Shown: positions 19,601 to 30,582 of the stretch, one piece after another
Numbering within the stretch: position 1 is the stretch's first letter
Layout of the letters: each line of letters opens with the position of its first letter
From: Candidatus Latescibacterota bacterium
GTDB lineage: Bacteria > Latescibacterota > UBA2968
DNA length: 64,000 nucleotides
Direction: 5' to 3'
NCBI GenBank assembly: GCA_965208125.1
Contig: OZ242320.1
Location: 3,424,001-3,488,000, forward strand
The notes under the pieces: generated by a model
Databases searched by the model: none
Told to the model about the DNA's origin: nothing
Seen by the model: the letters and a program-made list of their open reading frames with translations, nothing else
Translations under genes and position numbers: made by a program

Positions 19601-21181
19601 GGTCACCTGGGCAAAGAGCTGTTTGAAGTAGTTGTAGAGCAGGTGTGGTTTGTTGGACAATACCGCCAATGGCGCGTCATTGCCCATTGATCCGACGGGA
19701 TCGCGCCCGATTTTGGACATGGGACCAACAAAAATTTTGAGGTCTTCAAATGTGTATCCAAAAGCCTGTTGCCGCGTGAGTATTTCGGCGTGATTTGTGG
19801 GAGGTGCAATGGGCGCGACTGCGGGCAGGTTTTTGAGCGAAATGAGATGGTCGTCGAGCCATTGCTGGTAGGGATGCTCGGAGACCATTGACTGTTTGAC
19901 TTCGTCGTCGGAAATGATGCGGCCCTTTTTTGTATCGACGAGGAGGATGCGACCGGGTTGCAATCGGCCTTTGTAAGCGATGCGCTCGGGTTCTAAGTCG
20001 CAGACACCTGCCTCGGAACTAAGGATGAGCATATCGTCTTTGGTGACGTAATAACGCGAAGGGCGCAAGCCATTGCGGTCGAGGCAGGCACCCACGATTT
20101 CGCCATCGGTAAAGCCAATAGAAGCCGGGCCATCCCAGGGTTCCATGAGACAGGAATGGTATTCGTAGAAGGCGCGCCTTTCGGGGGTCATACTCTCGTG
20201 GTTTTCCCAGGGTTCGGGAATCATCATGACGGCTGCATGCGCCATTGAGCGGCCAGATAGAGACAGAAATTCAAAGCAGTTGTCAAAGATCGCGGAATCC
20301 GAGCCGTCTTCGTAGAGGATGGGAAATATTTTTTGTACGTCATCACCCCAGAGCGCTGAAGCCAGCATGGCCTGTCGGGTTTTCATCCAGTTTTGATTCC
20401 CGCGCAGGGTATTGATTTCGCCGTTGTGGATGAGGTAGCGATAGGGATGCGACCGTTCCCAGGAGGGAAAGGTGTTGGTGGAAAACCGGGAATGCACGAG
20501 GACAATCGCGGCTTCCATGCGGTGATCTTGCAGGTCGGGATAAAATTCGGGCACCTGCATGGGCGTGAGCATGCCTTTGTACACAATGGTGCGCGACGAC
20601 AAGCTGGGGATATAAAAATTTTCGTCGTGCCCGGCATAGCGGATCGTATTGGTGGCGCGCTTGCGAATGACGTAGAGTTTGCGTTCAAATGCCCTGGAGT
20701 CGGGCAAGTCGGCACTGCGACCAATGAAAATTTGCCACACAACGGGTTCACAGGATCTGGAAGTGAGGCCCAGATAGAAATTGTCGGTGGGCACTTTGCG
20801 CCAGCCCAGAATTTCTTGCCCTTCTTCGCGGACAATATCCTCGATAATTTGACGCGTTTTTTGGCGGATGGACCGATCCTCATGATCGGTCATGAAAATC
20901 ATGCCAACTCCGTATTGACCGGGATCTGGTATATCAATACCAACACCCTTGCAGGCGTGTTCAAAGAATCGATGAGGAATTTGCATCAAAATGCCAGCGC
21001 CGTCGCCCGTGTTGTCTTCGGCACCGCGCGCGCCCCGGTGGTCGAGACAGACCAGGGACTCGAGGGCCATTTTGACGATCTGGTTGGATTTTTCGCCTTT
21101 GATATTCACGACAAATCCAATGCCACAGGCGTCGCGTTCGTATTTGGGATTGTAGAGTCCGTGCTTGCGAGGATATGCCAT
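16607..21181 (-). CDS. gltB: glutamate synthase large (alpha) subunit
   Basis: 'DACGIGF' N-terminal nucleophile, 'HSRFSTNT', '[12 protein letters not shown]', '[15 protein letters not shown]', GXGXG C-terminal domain. Confidence 0.98.
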   Translation of the reverse strand: MAYPRKHGLYNPKYERDACGIGFVVNIKGEKSNQIVKMALESLVCLDHRGARGAEDNTGDGAGILMQIPHRFFEHACKGVGIDIPDPGQYGVGMIFMTDHEDRSIRQKTRQIIEDIVREEGQEILGWRKVPTDNFYLGLTSRSCEPVVWQIFIGRSADLPDSRAFERKLYVIRKRATNTIRYAGHDENFYIPSLSSRTIVYKGMLTPMQVPEFYPDLQDHRMEAAIVLVHSRFSTNTFPSWERSHPYRYLIHNGEINTLRGNQNWMKTRQAMLASALWGDDVQKIFPILYEDGSDSAIFDNCFEFLSLSGRSMAHAAVMMIPEPWENHESMTPERRAFYEYHSCLMEPWDGPASIGFTDGEIVGACLDRNGLRPSRYYVTKDDMLILSSEAGVCDLEPERIAYKGRLQPGRILLVDTKKGRIISDDEVKQSMVSEHPYQQWLDDHLISLKNLPAVAPIAPPTNHAEILTRQQAFGYTFEDLKIFVGPMSKIGRDPVGSMGNDAPLAVLSNKPHLLYNYFKQLFAQVTNPPLDPLKEEVITSADATIGPERNLLIPEPESCRQIHLDTPVLTNEELEQLRGVDRPGLKATTIPMLFNVADGEAGLEKAMHKLCAEADKAIEGGYTILILSDRGVDKDRAPIPALLAMSGLHHHLIREGTRTKVGIALETGEPREVHHFCLLIGYGAQAINPYMAYESLADMIAEKQLTDIAYRDAVKGYVKSATKGVVKVMAKMGISTIKSYRGAQIFEAVGISKNVIDQYFTWTDSRIDGIGLNVIAREALMRHRDAYPQISVNGSTLDVGGHFQWRQGGEYHLFNPLTIHKLQHATRTNDYAVYKEYATLIDQQAKNLATLRGILDFNYANEPIPIDEVEPVEAITRRFKSGAMSYGSISKEAHEALAIAMNRLGGKSNTGEGGEDPARYTLEPNGDSKNSAIKQVASGRFGVTSNYLVNAKELQIKMAQGAKPGEGGELPGNKVYPWIASVRHSTPGVELISPPPHHDIYSIEDLAQLIHDLKNANHHARINVKLVAEINVGIVAAGVSKGHGDVVLISGLDGGTGASPQTSIKHAGLPWEFGVAETHQTLVLNNLRSRIIVETDGQLKTGRDVIIAALLGAEEFGFATTALVAMGCIMMRVCHLDTCPVGVATQHPELRKKFMGDPDQVVNFLRFIAQDMREIMAQLGVRTIDELIGRTDLLHQAKTDHWKAKYLDLSPILEKPDADPNIGRYCQIEQDHGLENAMDNQILLELCEPALKDGSKVRAKFDIKNTNRVVGTILGSEITRRFGPDGLPEDTVDITFEGSAGQSFAAFTPPGITFRLEGDANDYFGKGLCGSKLIVYPRKGSTFQAEDNIIIGNVSFYGATNGQAFIRGQAGERFCVRNSGVSAVVEGVGDHGCEYMTGGMAVILGKTGRNFAAGMSGGIAYVLDEDGDFHIRCNPELVDLEPVQNDEDIEELKSMITKHADYTESSVAQHILVHWDDMLPKFVKVFPKPYKRILSAYETAQQEGLKGEDAWLEAFRRGVEVEA

Positions 21182-21267
21182 AAAAAATGTTCCTTAATCA
21201 CATGGCGCGAAAATGCCAGAACCGCGATCCGGCCCTGGCATTTGAAAACCGGTTATTTTGTTAGACG

Positions 21268-21531
21268 CTATTCAAAGGCGACTGCATTGATTTCGATGTA
21301 TTCCAACCATTCGTCGGGGGTATCTTCTTCGGCGAAGATCGCTTCAACCGGGCATTCGGGTTCACAGGCTCCGCAGTCGATGCATTCTTCGGGGTGAATA
21401 TAGAGCATATTGAGGCGTTCATCTTCCGGCAAATCGGTTGCATCGGGTTCGTAGATGCAGTCCACCGGACAAACTTCCACACAGGCCTTGTCCATAACAT
21501 CAATGCATGGCTCTGCGATAATATAGGCCAT
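21268..21531 (-). CDS. fdxA: 7Fe-type ferredoxin
   Basis: '[20 protein letters not shown]' and '[13 protein letters not shown]'. Confidence 0.9.
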   Translation of the reverse strand: MAYIIAEPCIDVMDKACVEVCPVDCIYEPDATDLPEDERLNMLYIHPEECIDCGACEPECPVEAIFAEEDTPDEWLEYIEINAVAFE

Positions 21532-21667
21532 TTTATTTTTCCTTTCCTTTGCTATTGTTCCGACTCATCCGGCGTTGACTTTGCCAAATATACTTATTTG
21601 GTTAGCTTTGTCAAGTATTGTAAGTTAAAATTATGATTGCAGGTACACAAAAGAAGACATTTTACTT

Positions 21668-22231
21668 TTAAGATAGATTCTCGAGGAGTTTTGCAACGGA
21701 CCAATCGCCCTCTGCGCGAATGTCCAGGGTGAATCGTTGCTTGGCATCTTTCCTGCGTTCGGCAGCCACCTCTGAACCGTTGTAAAGCTGGTGCAAAAAC
21801 GCCTGGAGATCGTCATTTATGGCGTTGTGCGTGTTTTTGGTGTTGGGGGCATTGAGGCGGTCGTTGAGGATGAGCCTGAGTTCATTCCCTCGGAAGGCGA
21901 CCGCTTCTTCTGTTTCAAGGCGCTGGCAGATTGTGCAGGCCGCGCGAACCGCTGAGGATAATTGCTGCGCAAAATTACCTCCGTTGGGTTGCTTGCGGTT
22001 ATAGAGCAGGCCGCGTTTTGCGTCCGTGTCATCAATGCTGATGTCGTATTCGTGACCGATTAGCAGGGTTACAGGACCATTGGGTACGTGACTGTAATCG
22101 GCTGCATCGAGCAGCACATCGGATCCATTGTGTGCTGAAATCCAGTTGTTGAAGGTTTTGAACCAGGTCTCAGGCGCGATATTGTGCCCCTGATCGAGAT
22201 AAAATTTGACACTGATTTTATGGGTTGGCAT
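21668..22231 (-). CDS. hypothetical protein cotranscribed with the sulfite/nitrite reductase
   Basis: 187 aa; 9 bp after the reductase stop; 'DAADYSHVPNGP', 'NDRLNAPNT'. Confidence 0.75.
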   Translation of the reverse strand: MPTHKISVKFYLDQGHNIAPETWFKTFNNWISAHNGSDVLLDAADYSHVPNGPVTLLIGHEYDISIDDTDAKRGLLYNRKQPNGGNFAQQLSSAVRAACTICQRLETEEAVAFRGNELRLILNDRLNAPNTKNTHNAINDDLQAFLHQLYNGSEVAAERRKDAKQRFTLDIRAEGDWSVAKLLENLS

Positions 22232-22240
22232 AATTACCTT

Positions 22241-24469
22241 TCACACCACATTCATTTGACCATAACAGGCATAGGCTTCTTCGATGAAGAGTTGTGCTTC
22301 TTCGACGACCTGGTGGGCAATGTCGCGGGTGTATTCGGCGACTTTCTCTTCGTGAACGCGGAAGAGATAATTGGCAAATTTTGCGCCAGCAAACTGATTG
22401 TAGAACAATTCGGTATCGCAAAAGCGCGTGCGAAATTCTTCGACGATGACATCGGCCTCTTCTGGTACGTCGAGAAACTGCGTTTTGACCAGTGCTTTGG
22501 CGGCGTGCAACATGGCGCTAAAAGCCGTTTTGTACGCGGCTTCGTAGTCGCCTTCCTCCAGGTAAATCTGCGATTCAAAGGATTCGGTTTCGCAGCCGGA
22601 TAGTTCAAATTGCACCAGTGAAACCACTTCGCCAGCGCATTCGCCTTTGCCCATATCGCCGATGGTAAATTCGCGTGTATCGCCCCAGTCCGTATAGTAG
22701 GAGGGGTCTATTTCGTGCATGGGAACCTGCGTGAGGCCCTGAAGCAGGTCTTTGACGTCTTTTTTTCCGATACGCTGAATATAGGCCTGGAAGCTTTCGT
22801 CTTTTTCGCGGTTTTCAACATAATTGCCGGTGATGCGTTCGATGACGGCCGGAATATTTTTGGAGGGAATAGCGCCCATGGCCAGGCCGTAAGAGGCCGC
22901 ATTTTCGGTCCATTGTCCGCCGAGTACGACCTGGAAGTGCGGTACGGTATAGCCATTGATTTTTCGGCTGTTGCCGTAAAACCCGAGATCGGCTACGTGG
23001 TGTTGCCCGCAGGAGTTAAAACACCCGCTGATTTTGATGCGGAAGTTTTTGATGGCGTCGTCGAGTTGGAGATTCTGTTGTGCCAATTGCGTGCGCAATT
23101 CCGCAGCGAGACCGCGCGATGAAGAAATGCCCAATTTGCAGGTGTCGGTGCCCGGGCAGGCGGTAACATCAACGATGGTGCCAGCCCCGGATTCGGCTAA
23201 TTCCAGTTCACAGAGGTCATTGTAGAGCGAAACGACATCGGATTCGCTGACCCACCGCAGGATGATGTTTTGCTCGACGGTGGCGCGAATGGTGTCTTTG
23301 ACGTATTTGCGCGCAATATCGGCCAGATTTCGCATCTGGTCGGATGTGATGTCCCCGAGAGGCAGACATATTGTTGCGACCACATAACCTTTTTGTCGTT
23401 GTTTGTAGATGTTGGTCTCTGCCCAGGCGTCAAATTCTTTGGGACGCGCAACTCCATTGAGGGGAGCCGCGATTTTGAGGGGTTCTTCACCGTAGCTATC
23501 CAGGTCGTCGAGATAGGCTGTCCATGCGGGGTCTTCGGGCATGATTTTGCGTTCTTCTTCGACCAGGCGAATAAATTCTTCGATGCCGAGCTTGGCGACG
23601 AGGAATTTGATGCGCGCACGGGCGCGATTTGTTTTTTCGCCCAGGCGGGCAAAAACGCGGCATATTGCCTGCGCTGTGGGCAGGAGTTCTTCGGGAGGCA
23701 GAAATTCCGAGTAGAGTTTGGCCTGGTGGGGCACGGCTCCTAAGCCGCCGCCGACGTAAGTTTCGAACCCTCGTTTGCCATCTTTGATGCGCGCGATCAT
23801 GCCCATGTCGTGCATGCTGGTCAAACCGCATGCTTCCTGTGCGCATCCGGAAAAGGCGATTTTAAATTTGCGACCAAAGTCCTGGCAGTCGGGGTGTCCG
23901 AGGAGGAAGTTGGCAAGGGCGTGAGAATACGGCGTGACATCGAATGTTTCGGTGTGACACACGCCCGAAAGCGGACAGGCGGTGACATTGCGGATGGAGT
24001 TTCCGCAGGCTTCTCGGGTGGTAATGCCCACGGCGGCGAGGCGGCGCATGAGGTCGGGTGTGTCTTCGATGTGTACGTAGTGGATTTGAATATCCTGGCG
24101 CGTGGTGATGTGCAAAATGCCGTCAGAATATTCTTCGGCTATGTCGGCCAACACATCCATTTGATCGGTGGTAAGACCGCCATAAGGGATTTTGATGCGC
24201 TGCATGCCCGGCGCATCCCAGACTGTGTCTGGACCTTTGAGCAGATCGCCGCTGGGATAGTTGAGTGGTTTGGTTACCAGGCCGTCAAAGCGTTGCCCAT
24301 TGTCGTAGCGCTGGCCGTAAACACCGCGGCGAAGACGGGTTTCTGCAAAGACGCGGTCGTCAATTTGTCCCTGTTTTTTTTGTTCGATCTGCGCTTCAAA
24401 TGTATCGATTTCAGCACCTATATCTTCCGGGATCAAATCGCGCAATTCTTCTTTCCAGTTTGTGGCCAT
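22241..24469 (-). CDS. ferredoxin-dependent sulfite/nitrite reductase (siroheme) with C-terminal HEPN-like extension
   Basis: 'HITTRQDIQ', 'RKFKIAFSGC', siroheme/4Fe-4S ligands 'CPGTDTC' and 'SGCFNSCGQH'. Confidence 0.92.
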   Translation of the reverse strand: MATNWKEELRDLIPEDIGAEIDTFEAQIEQKKQGQIDDRVFAETRLRRGVYGQRYDNGQRFDGLVTKPLNYPSGDLLKGPDTVWDAPGMQRIKIPYGGLTTDQMDVLADIAEEYSDGILHITTRQDIQIHYVHIEDTPDLMRRLAAVGITTREACGNSIRNVTACPLSGVCHTETFDVTPYSHALANFLLGHPDCQDFGRKFKIAFSGCAQEACGLTSMHDMGMIARIKDGKRGFETYVGGGLGAVPHQAKLYSEFLPPEELLPTAQAICRVFARLGEKTNRARARIKFLVAKLGIEEFIRLVEEERKIMPEDPAWTAYLDDLDSYGEEPLKIAAPLNGVARPKEFDAWAETNIYKQRQKGYVVATICLPLGDITSDQMRNLADIARKYVKDTIRATVEQNIILRWVSESDVVSLYNDLCELELAESGAGTIVDVTACPGTDTCKLGISSSRGLAAELRTQLAQQNLQLDDAIKNFRIKISGCFNSCGQHHVADLGFYGNSRKINGYTVPHFQVVLGGQWTENAASYGLAMGAIPSKNIPAVIERITGNYVENREKDESFQAYIQRIGKKDVKDLLQGLTQVPMHEIDPSYYTDWGDTREFTIGDMGKGECAGEVVSLVQFELSGCETESFESQIYLEEGDYEAAYKTAFSAMLHAAKALVKTQFLDVPEEADVIVEEFRTRFCDTELFYNQFAGAKFANYLFRVHEEKVAEYTRDIAHQVVEEAQLFIEEAYACYGQMNVV

Positions 24470-24556
24470 GATATATCACCTGTAGTTAGGAGATTTTTGG
24501 TTGAGCATGATCAAAAATGAATTTGAAACTTAGTGTATTATGGGGATTTGTCAAGG

Positions 24557-24651
24557 GTAAAAGGTAAGAGGTGAGGCGTAAGAGGTAAGTGGGCTACCGC
24601 ACACAGGCAGATGCCTTTTCGCACTTCACACTTTATACTTCCCTCTTCCCC
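24557..24651. repeat. degenerate heptamer tandem repeats arranged as an inverted pair
   Basis: Left arm gtaaaag-gtaagag-gtgaggc-gtaagag-gtaagtg; right arm cacttca-cacttta-tacttcc-ctcttcc. Confidence 0.6.
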
Positions 24652-25662
24652 TTATCCCCCGATTTGATACATTTCGATTTTGCGAGTTGCAGGGGTGTGT
24701 TCAGAGCGGATTTCGGAGTAGCGGTCCGTGCGGTGGCGCCATATCCGGGTGATCTGGTCGCGGAGGTCGGCGTTGGACGCGCCTCGTCGCAGGACATTGC
24801 GCAGGTCTGTTCCCTCTGAGGCGAAGAGGCAGGTGTAGAGTTTGCCGTCGGTGGATAAGCGGGCGCGCGTACAGTCGCCGCAAAAGGGCTGTGTGACAGA
24901 GGCAATGATGCCTATTTCACCGCCGCCGTCGAGATAGCGATAGCGTTTTGCGACTTCGCCTGTGTAGTTTGGGTCAAGAGGCTTGAGAGGTAAGACTGTG
25001 TGAATGCGATCGATAATTTCTGCGGCGGGCACGACCTGATCCATGTTCCAGTTGTTGCGATTGCCAACGTCCATAAACTCGATGAATCGCAGGATGTGTC
25101 CCGTGTTGTGGAAGTGTTGGGCGAGGTCGATAACGAGGTGATCGTTGATGCCTTTTTGTACGACTGCGTTAATTTTTATGGCTTGAAAGCCCGCCTTTTC
25201 AGCAGCGCGGATGCCTCCGAGTACGCGCTCGGTGCCATGGGTGCGACCACTCATGAGATTAAAGGTCTGGTCGTCAATCGCGTCGAGGCTCACGGTGAGG
25301 CGGTGCAGACCGGCGTTTTTGAGGCTCTGAGCTTTGGTGTCGAGGAGATAGCCATTGGTGGTGAGGGTGAGGTCTTGTACGCCGTTGATTTGCGAGAGTT
25401 TGGCGATGAGGGTTTCGAGGTCTCGGCGCAGGAGGGGTTCACCGCCGGTGACCCGGATCTTGGTGACACCGAGATCGACAAAAATTCTGGCGAGGCGGGT
25501 GATTTCTTCAAAGGTGAGGATTTCTGCTTTGGGAAGAAATTCGTATTTTTCGCCAAAAATCTCGGCGGGCATGCAGTAGGGGCAGCGGAAATTGCATTTG
25601 TCGGTGACCGAGATACGCAGGTCGCGGATGGGGCGTTGCAATGTGTCGAGGAGATCGGACAT
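24652..25662 (-). CDS. moaA: GTP 3',8-cyclase (molybdenum cofactor biosynthesis radical SAM)
   Basis: 'LRISVTDKCNFRCPYC', C-terminal 'FCGDCTRARL...C', ends in 'IGG'; start could instead be 25695. Confidence 0.97.
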   Translation of the reverse strand: MSDLLDTLQRPIRDLRISVTDKCNFRCPYCMPAEIFGEKYEFLPKAEILTFEEITRLARIFVDLGVTKIRVTGGEPLLRRDLETLIAKLSQINGVQDLTLTTNGYLLDTKAQSLKNAGLHRLTVSLDAIDDQTFNLMSGRTHGTERVLGGIRAAEKAGFQAIKINAVVQKGINDHLVIDLAQHFHNTGHILRFIEFMDVGNRNNWNMDQVVPAAEIIDRIHTVLPLKPLDPNYTGEVAKRYRYLDGGGEIGIIASVTQPFCGDCTRARLSTDGKLYTCLFASEGTDLRNVLRRGASNADLRDQITRIWRHRTDRYSEIRSEHTPATRKIEMYQIGG

Positions 25663-25673
25663 TGGAATATTAT

Positions 25674-26690
25674 TTAGAATTTCAAGATTGTCCATACGGG
25701 CACGTGATCCGAAGCAAAGTCGCCGCGTGTGGTATAGACGATTTCGCCGTCAGAGAAGCGGATGCGTGAGCGGGTTCCTTTCACGGCTTCGGCGTGGGTG
25801 AAAATACCCGATGATTGGACGTGATCCTTCAGGTTTTGGGACACGAGGATTTGGTCAAAAAGAATTGCTTTGACTTTGACGTCCCGGGCAAAATTGTGTG
25901 GTTTGTCCCGCCATTTGTTGTTTTCTGCGCGCGCACCTGAGACCATGGGCTCAAAGATATCGCTTTCGATTTTTTCATAGATATCGTGGTATCCATAAGA
26001 ACAATAGTCCCGATCTAACAGGCTCTCGGATGTGTTGTAGAGAAATGCATCGGGCACCTGGTCAATTCCGGGAAACGCGTCGGGATTGCCGGATTCGAGA
26101 ATGTTGAGCGATCGATCGTCGGGGTTGTCGTTGAAGTCGCCGAGTAATACAATGTGATCGTATTTCACGCGGCTGGTGAGATAGCGCATGGTCATGGTCG
26201 CGCTGGCTTCTCGGCGCGCATTGGTTTTTGCACGACCTCCTGATCGCGATTTGGCGTGGTGAACCAGAACAATCAAGCGGCGGCCATATCCTTCGACATA
26301 AGCCTGGAGGAGATCGCGTTTGCGTGGAAATGCCTGGTCGTGTACTTTTTCTGGAAAGACCATTTTGAGGTCGGTAATTTCAAATGGCTCGCGCACAGCT
26401 ATGGCGAGTTCCTGGAGTTCTTCGGGATCATCGAGCATGCCAATGGTATAGTTGTCGGGCAAAATGCGCTCGAGCGCGGATTTTGATTGGATTTCCTGAA
26501 AGCCGATGATGTCCGCATTGAGTTCGCGTACAACGGTTTGTAGGCGTTCCTGGCGCGCATTGGAAATGCCATCGTCGAGCCAATAGATGTTGTAAGTCGC
26601 AATCTTGATCTCGGCGGGCTGTGGACCACACGCAAAAAATAGAAGCAGAATCAGGGAGGCGAGATATGTCATCCGTACATGTTTTTGCAT
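25674..26690 (-). CDS. endonuclease/exonuclease/phosphatase (EEP) family lipoprotein
   Basis: Lipobox 'LFFAC'; 'ATYNI', 'FQEI', 'HAKS', 'LGDFND', 'SDHVPV'. Confidence 0.9.
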   Translation of the reverse strand: MQKHVRMTYLASLILLLFFACGPQPAEIKIATYNIYWLDDGISNARQERLQTVVRELNADIIGFQEIQSKSALERILPDNYTIGMLDDPEELQELAIAVREPFEITDLKMVFPEKVHDQAFPRKRDLLQAYVEGYGRRLIVLVHHAKSRSGGRAKTNARREASATMTMRYLTSRVKYDHIVLLGDFNDNPDDRSLNILESGNPDAFPGIDQVPDAFLYNTSESLLDRDYCSYGYHDIYEKIESDIFEPMVSGARAENNKWRDKPHNFARDVKVKAILFDQILVSQNLKDHVQSSGIFTHAEAVKGTRSRIRFSDGEIVYTTRGDFASDHVPVWTILKF

Positions 26691-26757
26691 GCAAATCTCC
26701 AGATAGGGTCAGGATAGAGCTATCTGCCCAATAATATACACGATTGCGAAAAAAATA

Positions 26758-26787
26758 AAAGGGCGACGGTATAAACCGCCGCCCTTT
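26758..26787 (-). terminator. intrinsic terminator after smc
   Basis: AAAGGGCGACGGT-ataa-ACCGCCGCCCTTT hairpin with A/T runs. Confidence 0.7.
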
Positions 26788-26807
26788 GTGTTATCCGGGG
26801 TCGGGTA

Positions 26808-29800
26808 TCAATCGTCATCTGCGGGTTGTGCTACGGCTTCGGTGAACGAGTCAACACTATCGACCTGGTTTTCGCTATCGCTGGATATTTTGACGGAAAC
26901 GAGCCTGGAGACGCCGGGTTCTTCCATGGTCACGCCGTGCAGGGTTTCGCCAGATTCCATTGTCCCTTTGTTGTGGGTGACAACGATGAACTGTGATTGT
27001 TTGGAGAATTTTTGGATGACTTTTACGAAGCGCGCGATATTGGCATCATCGAGGGGCGCATCGACCTCGTCGAGGACGCAAAAGGGACTGGGTTTGACCA
27101 GGTAAATTGCAAAGAGAAGGGCAATGGCCGTCAGCGCGCGCTCTCCGCCCGAAAGCAGGTTAATGCTCTGAAGGCGCTTGCCCCATGGACGCGCTGTGAT
27201 GATGATGGGCGCCTCGAGGGGATCTTCGTCGGGAGGCATGGTCAGATCGGCTTCGCCACCTTCAAAAAATTCCTGGAATGTGGTCTGGAAATTTTCGCGA
27301 ATGCGGCCAAAGGTGTCGAGAAAGCGCTGGCGCGCCGTGCGGTCAATGCGCGTGATGGTGCGCTTGACGATTTCTTCGGCTTCCAGAAGGTCGTCGCGCT
27401 GGTGCGTGAGAAATTCGAGGCGTTCTTTTTGGACTTCGTACTCTTCGAGTGCCGCCAGGTTGACAGACCCCATGCGCCGCATACGCTCTTGCAATTCGTG
27501 GGTCTTTTTTTCTGCCATATCCGCGTTAAATTCGGGATCCTGAAAACGCCCTTGTTCGACGATATCGACTTCGTAATCGCGCTTGAGGCGTTGGATAATT
27601 CCCTCGCCGCGCTCTTTGATATGCGCCATGGCGACTTGAATTTCGCTCAAACGCTCGCGGTGTTGTGTTGTGCGGCGGTTCTTTTCGCGCAACTTTTCTT
27701 CAATGGTGCGCGCAGCCATCACGATTTCGTGTTGTCTGTGCGCTTGTGCATCGCGTTTGTGTTCAATGCGGGATTGTTGCTTGTGCAGGGCTTCCAGTTC
27801 GCCCGACGCTGTTCCGATGCTCTCTTCGCGTCCTTGTTTGCGTTTTTGGCTTTCATCGGCCTCGGCGGACAAGCGCTCGGTTTCGCGGGCAATAGCTTCT
27901 CGCTCTCGGCCCTGGCGTACGGCCTCGTGTGCGAGACTTTCGATGCGTTCTTTCAAAGAGGCGATTTCCACGCGTACAGCGGCGACGCCATCTTGAAGTA
28001 CGCGCCGCTGGTGTTCTTTTTCCCGCAAGTCTTCATCGGCACGGCGAACCACGTCTTCGAGGGTCTCTCGCTTGGCGTCGAGCTTTGTTTGCGCTTTCTC
28101 GGCCTGGGAAATCAAATGCATCAATTCGCTTTCTCGCTTGGCAAGTTGTGCAGCCTCCTGGTCGAGTTCTGTTACAGCTCGAGCCTGGCGTTTGGCTTCT
28201 GTTTCGGCGTTTTGCCGGTCTCTTTGAAGGCCCGCACGGCGGTTGTGCAAATCGGCCAATGTGTTATCGCAGGCTTCGATTTGCGCGAGGTGTTTGTCGA
28301 GTGTTTTGAGCGTGCGTGTCAGTTGTGTTTCGCACTTTGAGAGTGCGGTTTGGGCGGATTCTATGGCTGACTGGAGGTCGTCAATTTGTTGCTGGCGACC
28401 AATGAGCCCCGATTCTGAGGTTGCATCTGCACCGCCATATACCGTGCCATCGGCGGAAAAAACTTCGCCGCTGAGTGTCACAATTTCAATGCCTTTAGCA
28501 TGCATGGCACCACTGTGAACAATCGCGGTTTGTGCATCGCTTACAATCAGAGTATGGCGCAACAGCGCAGATACGGCACCGTGTATATCGCGCTGTGGAT
28601 TTAACAGATCGCTTGCCAGCCCGACAATCCCCTCTCCATTGGGTACATCGCAAGGTGTACCATTGGTAGAGATGATGCGTTCGAGGGGCAAAAATGCAGC
28701 AGCACCGTGCTCTCCTTGTCTGAGAAAATCAATAGCCCAACGCGCGTCGTCGGTATTGCTGACGATCAAACATTCCAGTGCACGCCCCAGCGCAGCTTCA
28801 ATGGCGGTGATGTATTCTGGCTCGACATCGATCATATCGGCGACGACACCCTGTATGTGATTGGAAAAAGGCGAATCGACAGCCAGGGCACGCACGCCTT
28901 TGGAATAACCTTCAAAGCCCTCTCTCAGTTTTTGGAGAAGGGTGATCCGCGCCTGATCGGCTTCGATATTTGCGCGCAAGCGGTTACGCGATTCGATTTG
29001 TTCGTCTCGCTGGGCAATACAGCGATCTCGACCGTCGATCTGTTGTTGTCGTTCTTCTGTGCGTTGGGCAATTTGACTTTCAACTGCGGCGATTTGTTCT
29101 GCGGACTGATAGGCAGTTTCGTCAGCCTCCAGGCGGCGTGCAGCCACGCGCTCAATATCCTGAGTCAATCGCGCTTTGCGCTGTACAATGCCTTCGCGCT
29201 CGGCCTGCATGCGCTCGAGGGCTTTGCCCTGATCGCTATTTTGGCGCAATAGATCCATCAACTGAGATTTTTGGGCATCAACTTGTGTGCGTTGTGTGTC
29301 CAGATCCCGGATTTCTGATTCGAGTTTGGCGGTTTCCTCTTCGAGTTTCGCTTCTGAGGATTTGAGCCTTTTACCGGCTTCACGCCCGTCTTGTTCGGCA
29401 GCTTTTTGGCCTTTTTGGGCGTTGTCAAGACGCACCTTGAGCGATTTTTGCTGATACTCGGCGCGTTCTAAAAATGCGTGAATGTTGCGTAACTCTTCGC
29501 GTGCAACGAGTATCTCGCTGTCTTTGCTGTGTACGCGCTCAATGTGTTGCGATAGCTCGATATTGGCCTCGGCCAGTGCGCGATCCTGATCGGTTAGTTC
29601 GGCGCGCATTTCTTCGAGTTGGGCCTCGAGAGTGGTCATGTCGGTTTCTGAAATTTCGATGTCTTCTTTGAGGAAGACCATTTCCTCGCGCAGCGGTCCA
29701 GATTGGTCGGCAAGGTCGAAGTATTGGAATCGCGCCAGTTTGATTTCGAGGTCGCGCAATTCATCTGATAGTGTTTTATAGAGCCTTGCTTTGCGCTCTT

Positions 29801-30422
29801 GTCGCTGTAGCGATGCGACCTGGCGCTGGATTTCTCCGAGCCAATCTTCCATTCTCTGCAGGTCTTGTTGTACGGCGATGAGCCTGTTCCACGCAGATCG
29901 CCGGCGAATTTTATACCGCGTTACACCAGCGGCTTCTTCAAAGCACCGGCGGCGTTCTTCGGCGTTGTCGCTGATGATCTCATCCACCATGCCCTGTTCA
30001 ATAACATAGGAAGACTGCGTGCCCAGGCCGGTGTCCATCAGCAAGTTTTGAATGTCTTTCAGGCGGCACGGAATTTTATTGAGCAGGTAGTCGCTTTCGC
30101 CGGATCGGAACAAACGACGGGTAATTGTGACTTCGGAAAATTCGGTGGGCAAAACTTTTTGTGAATTATCGAGTGTGAGCGATACTTCGGCCATACCGAG
30201 GGGTTTGCGCGAGCGCGTACCGGAAAAAATCACATCTCCCATACTGCCGCTGCGCAAAGATCGGGGGCGCTGTTCGCCCAGTGCCCAGCGCAGGGCATCG
30301 ACTACATTGGACTTGCCACAACCATTTGGTCCCACGACACATGTGAAGCCTTTTTGGAGGGGCATATCGAGCTTTTGTGCAAAGGACTTAAAACCCAGTG
30401 CTTGCAAACGAGTCAGGTGCAA
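26808..30422 (-). CDS. smc: chromosome segregation protein SMC
   Basis: 'GFKSFA', Walker A GPNGCGKSN, coiled coils and hinge, 'LSGGE', 'LDEVDAPLD'; TTG start with AGGAGG RBS. Confidence 0.98.
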   Translation of the reverse strand: MHLTRLQALGFKSFAQKLDMPLQKGFTCVVGPNGCGKSNVVDALRWALGEQRPRSLRSGSMGDVIFSGTRSRKPLGMAEVSLTLDNSQKVLPTEFSEVTITRRLFRSGESDYLLNKIPCRLKDIQNLLMDTGLGTQSSYVIEQGMVDEIISDNAEERRRCFEEAAGVTRYKIRRRSAWNRLIAVQQDLQRMEDWLGEIQRQVASLQRQERKARLYKTLSDELRDLEIKLARFQYFDLADQSGPLREEMVFLKEDIEISETDMTTLEAQLEEMRAELTDQDRALAEANIELSQHIERVHSKDSEILVAREELRNIHAFLERAEYQQKSLKVRLDNAQKGQKAAEQDGREAGKRLKSSEAKLEEETAKLESEIRDLDTQRTQVDAQKSQLMDLLRQNSDQGKALERMQAEREGIVQRKARLTQDIERVAARRLEADETAYQSAEQIAAVESQIAQRTEERQQQIDGRDRCIAQRDEQIESRNRLRANIEADQARITLLQKLREGFEGYSKGVRALAVDSPFSNHIQGVVADMIDVEPEYITAIEAALGRALECLIVSNTDDARWAIDFLRQGEHGAAAFLPLERIISTNGTPCDVPNGEGIVGLASDLLNPQRDIHGAVSALLRHTLIVSDAQTAIVHSGAMHAKGIEIVTLSGEVFSADGTVYGGADATSESGLIGRQQQIDDLQSAIESAQTALSKCETQLTRTLKTLDKHLAQIEACDNTLADLHNRRAGLQRDRQNAETEAKRQARAVTELDQEAAQLAKRESELMHLISQAEKAQTKLDAKRETLEDVVRRADEDLREKEHQRRVLQDGVAAVRVEIASLKERIESLAHEAVRQGREREAIARETERLSAEADESQKRKQGREESIGTASGELEALHKQQSRIEHKRDAQAHRQHEIVMAARTIEEKLREKNRRTTQHRERLSEIQVAMAHIKERGEGIIQRLKRDYEVDIVEQGRFQDPEFNADMAEKKTHELQERMRRMGSVNLAALEEYEVQKERLEFLTHQRDDLLEAEEIVKRTITRIDRTARQRFLDTFGRIRENFQTTFQEFFEGGEADLTMPPDEDPLEAPIIITARPWGKRLQSINLLSGGERALTAIALLFAIYLVKPSPFCVLDEVDAPLDDANIARFVKVIQKFSKQSQFIVVTHNKGTMESGETLHGVTMEEPGVSRLVSVKISSDSENQVDSVDSFTEAVAQPADDD

Positions 30423-30582
30423 TGAAAACCTCCTACTCGAATTCTTCTAAGATCATAAAACGCGAAAAAATAGGGGTATATGGCAATAAAAGTCAGGACA
30501 CTTGTGTGTCAAAACTCAATGGGGAAAATAGAGGACGCACTTTTGGACTGCGTTTAAACACAGCAGCCCGGGGAGATTCGGG

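Noticed and set aside
16673-28340. Long antisense ORFs (e.g. 16673-18031, 20393-21397, 26997-28340)
   Set aside because: Shadow frames opposite gltB and smc caused by codon bias; no motifs
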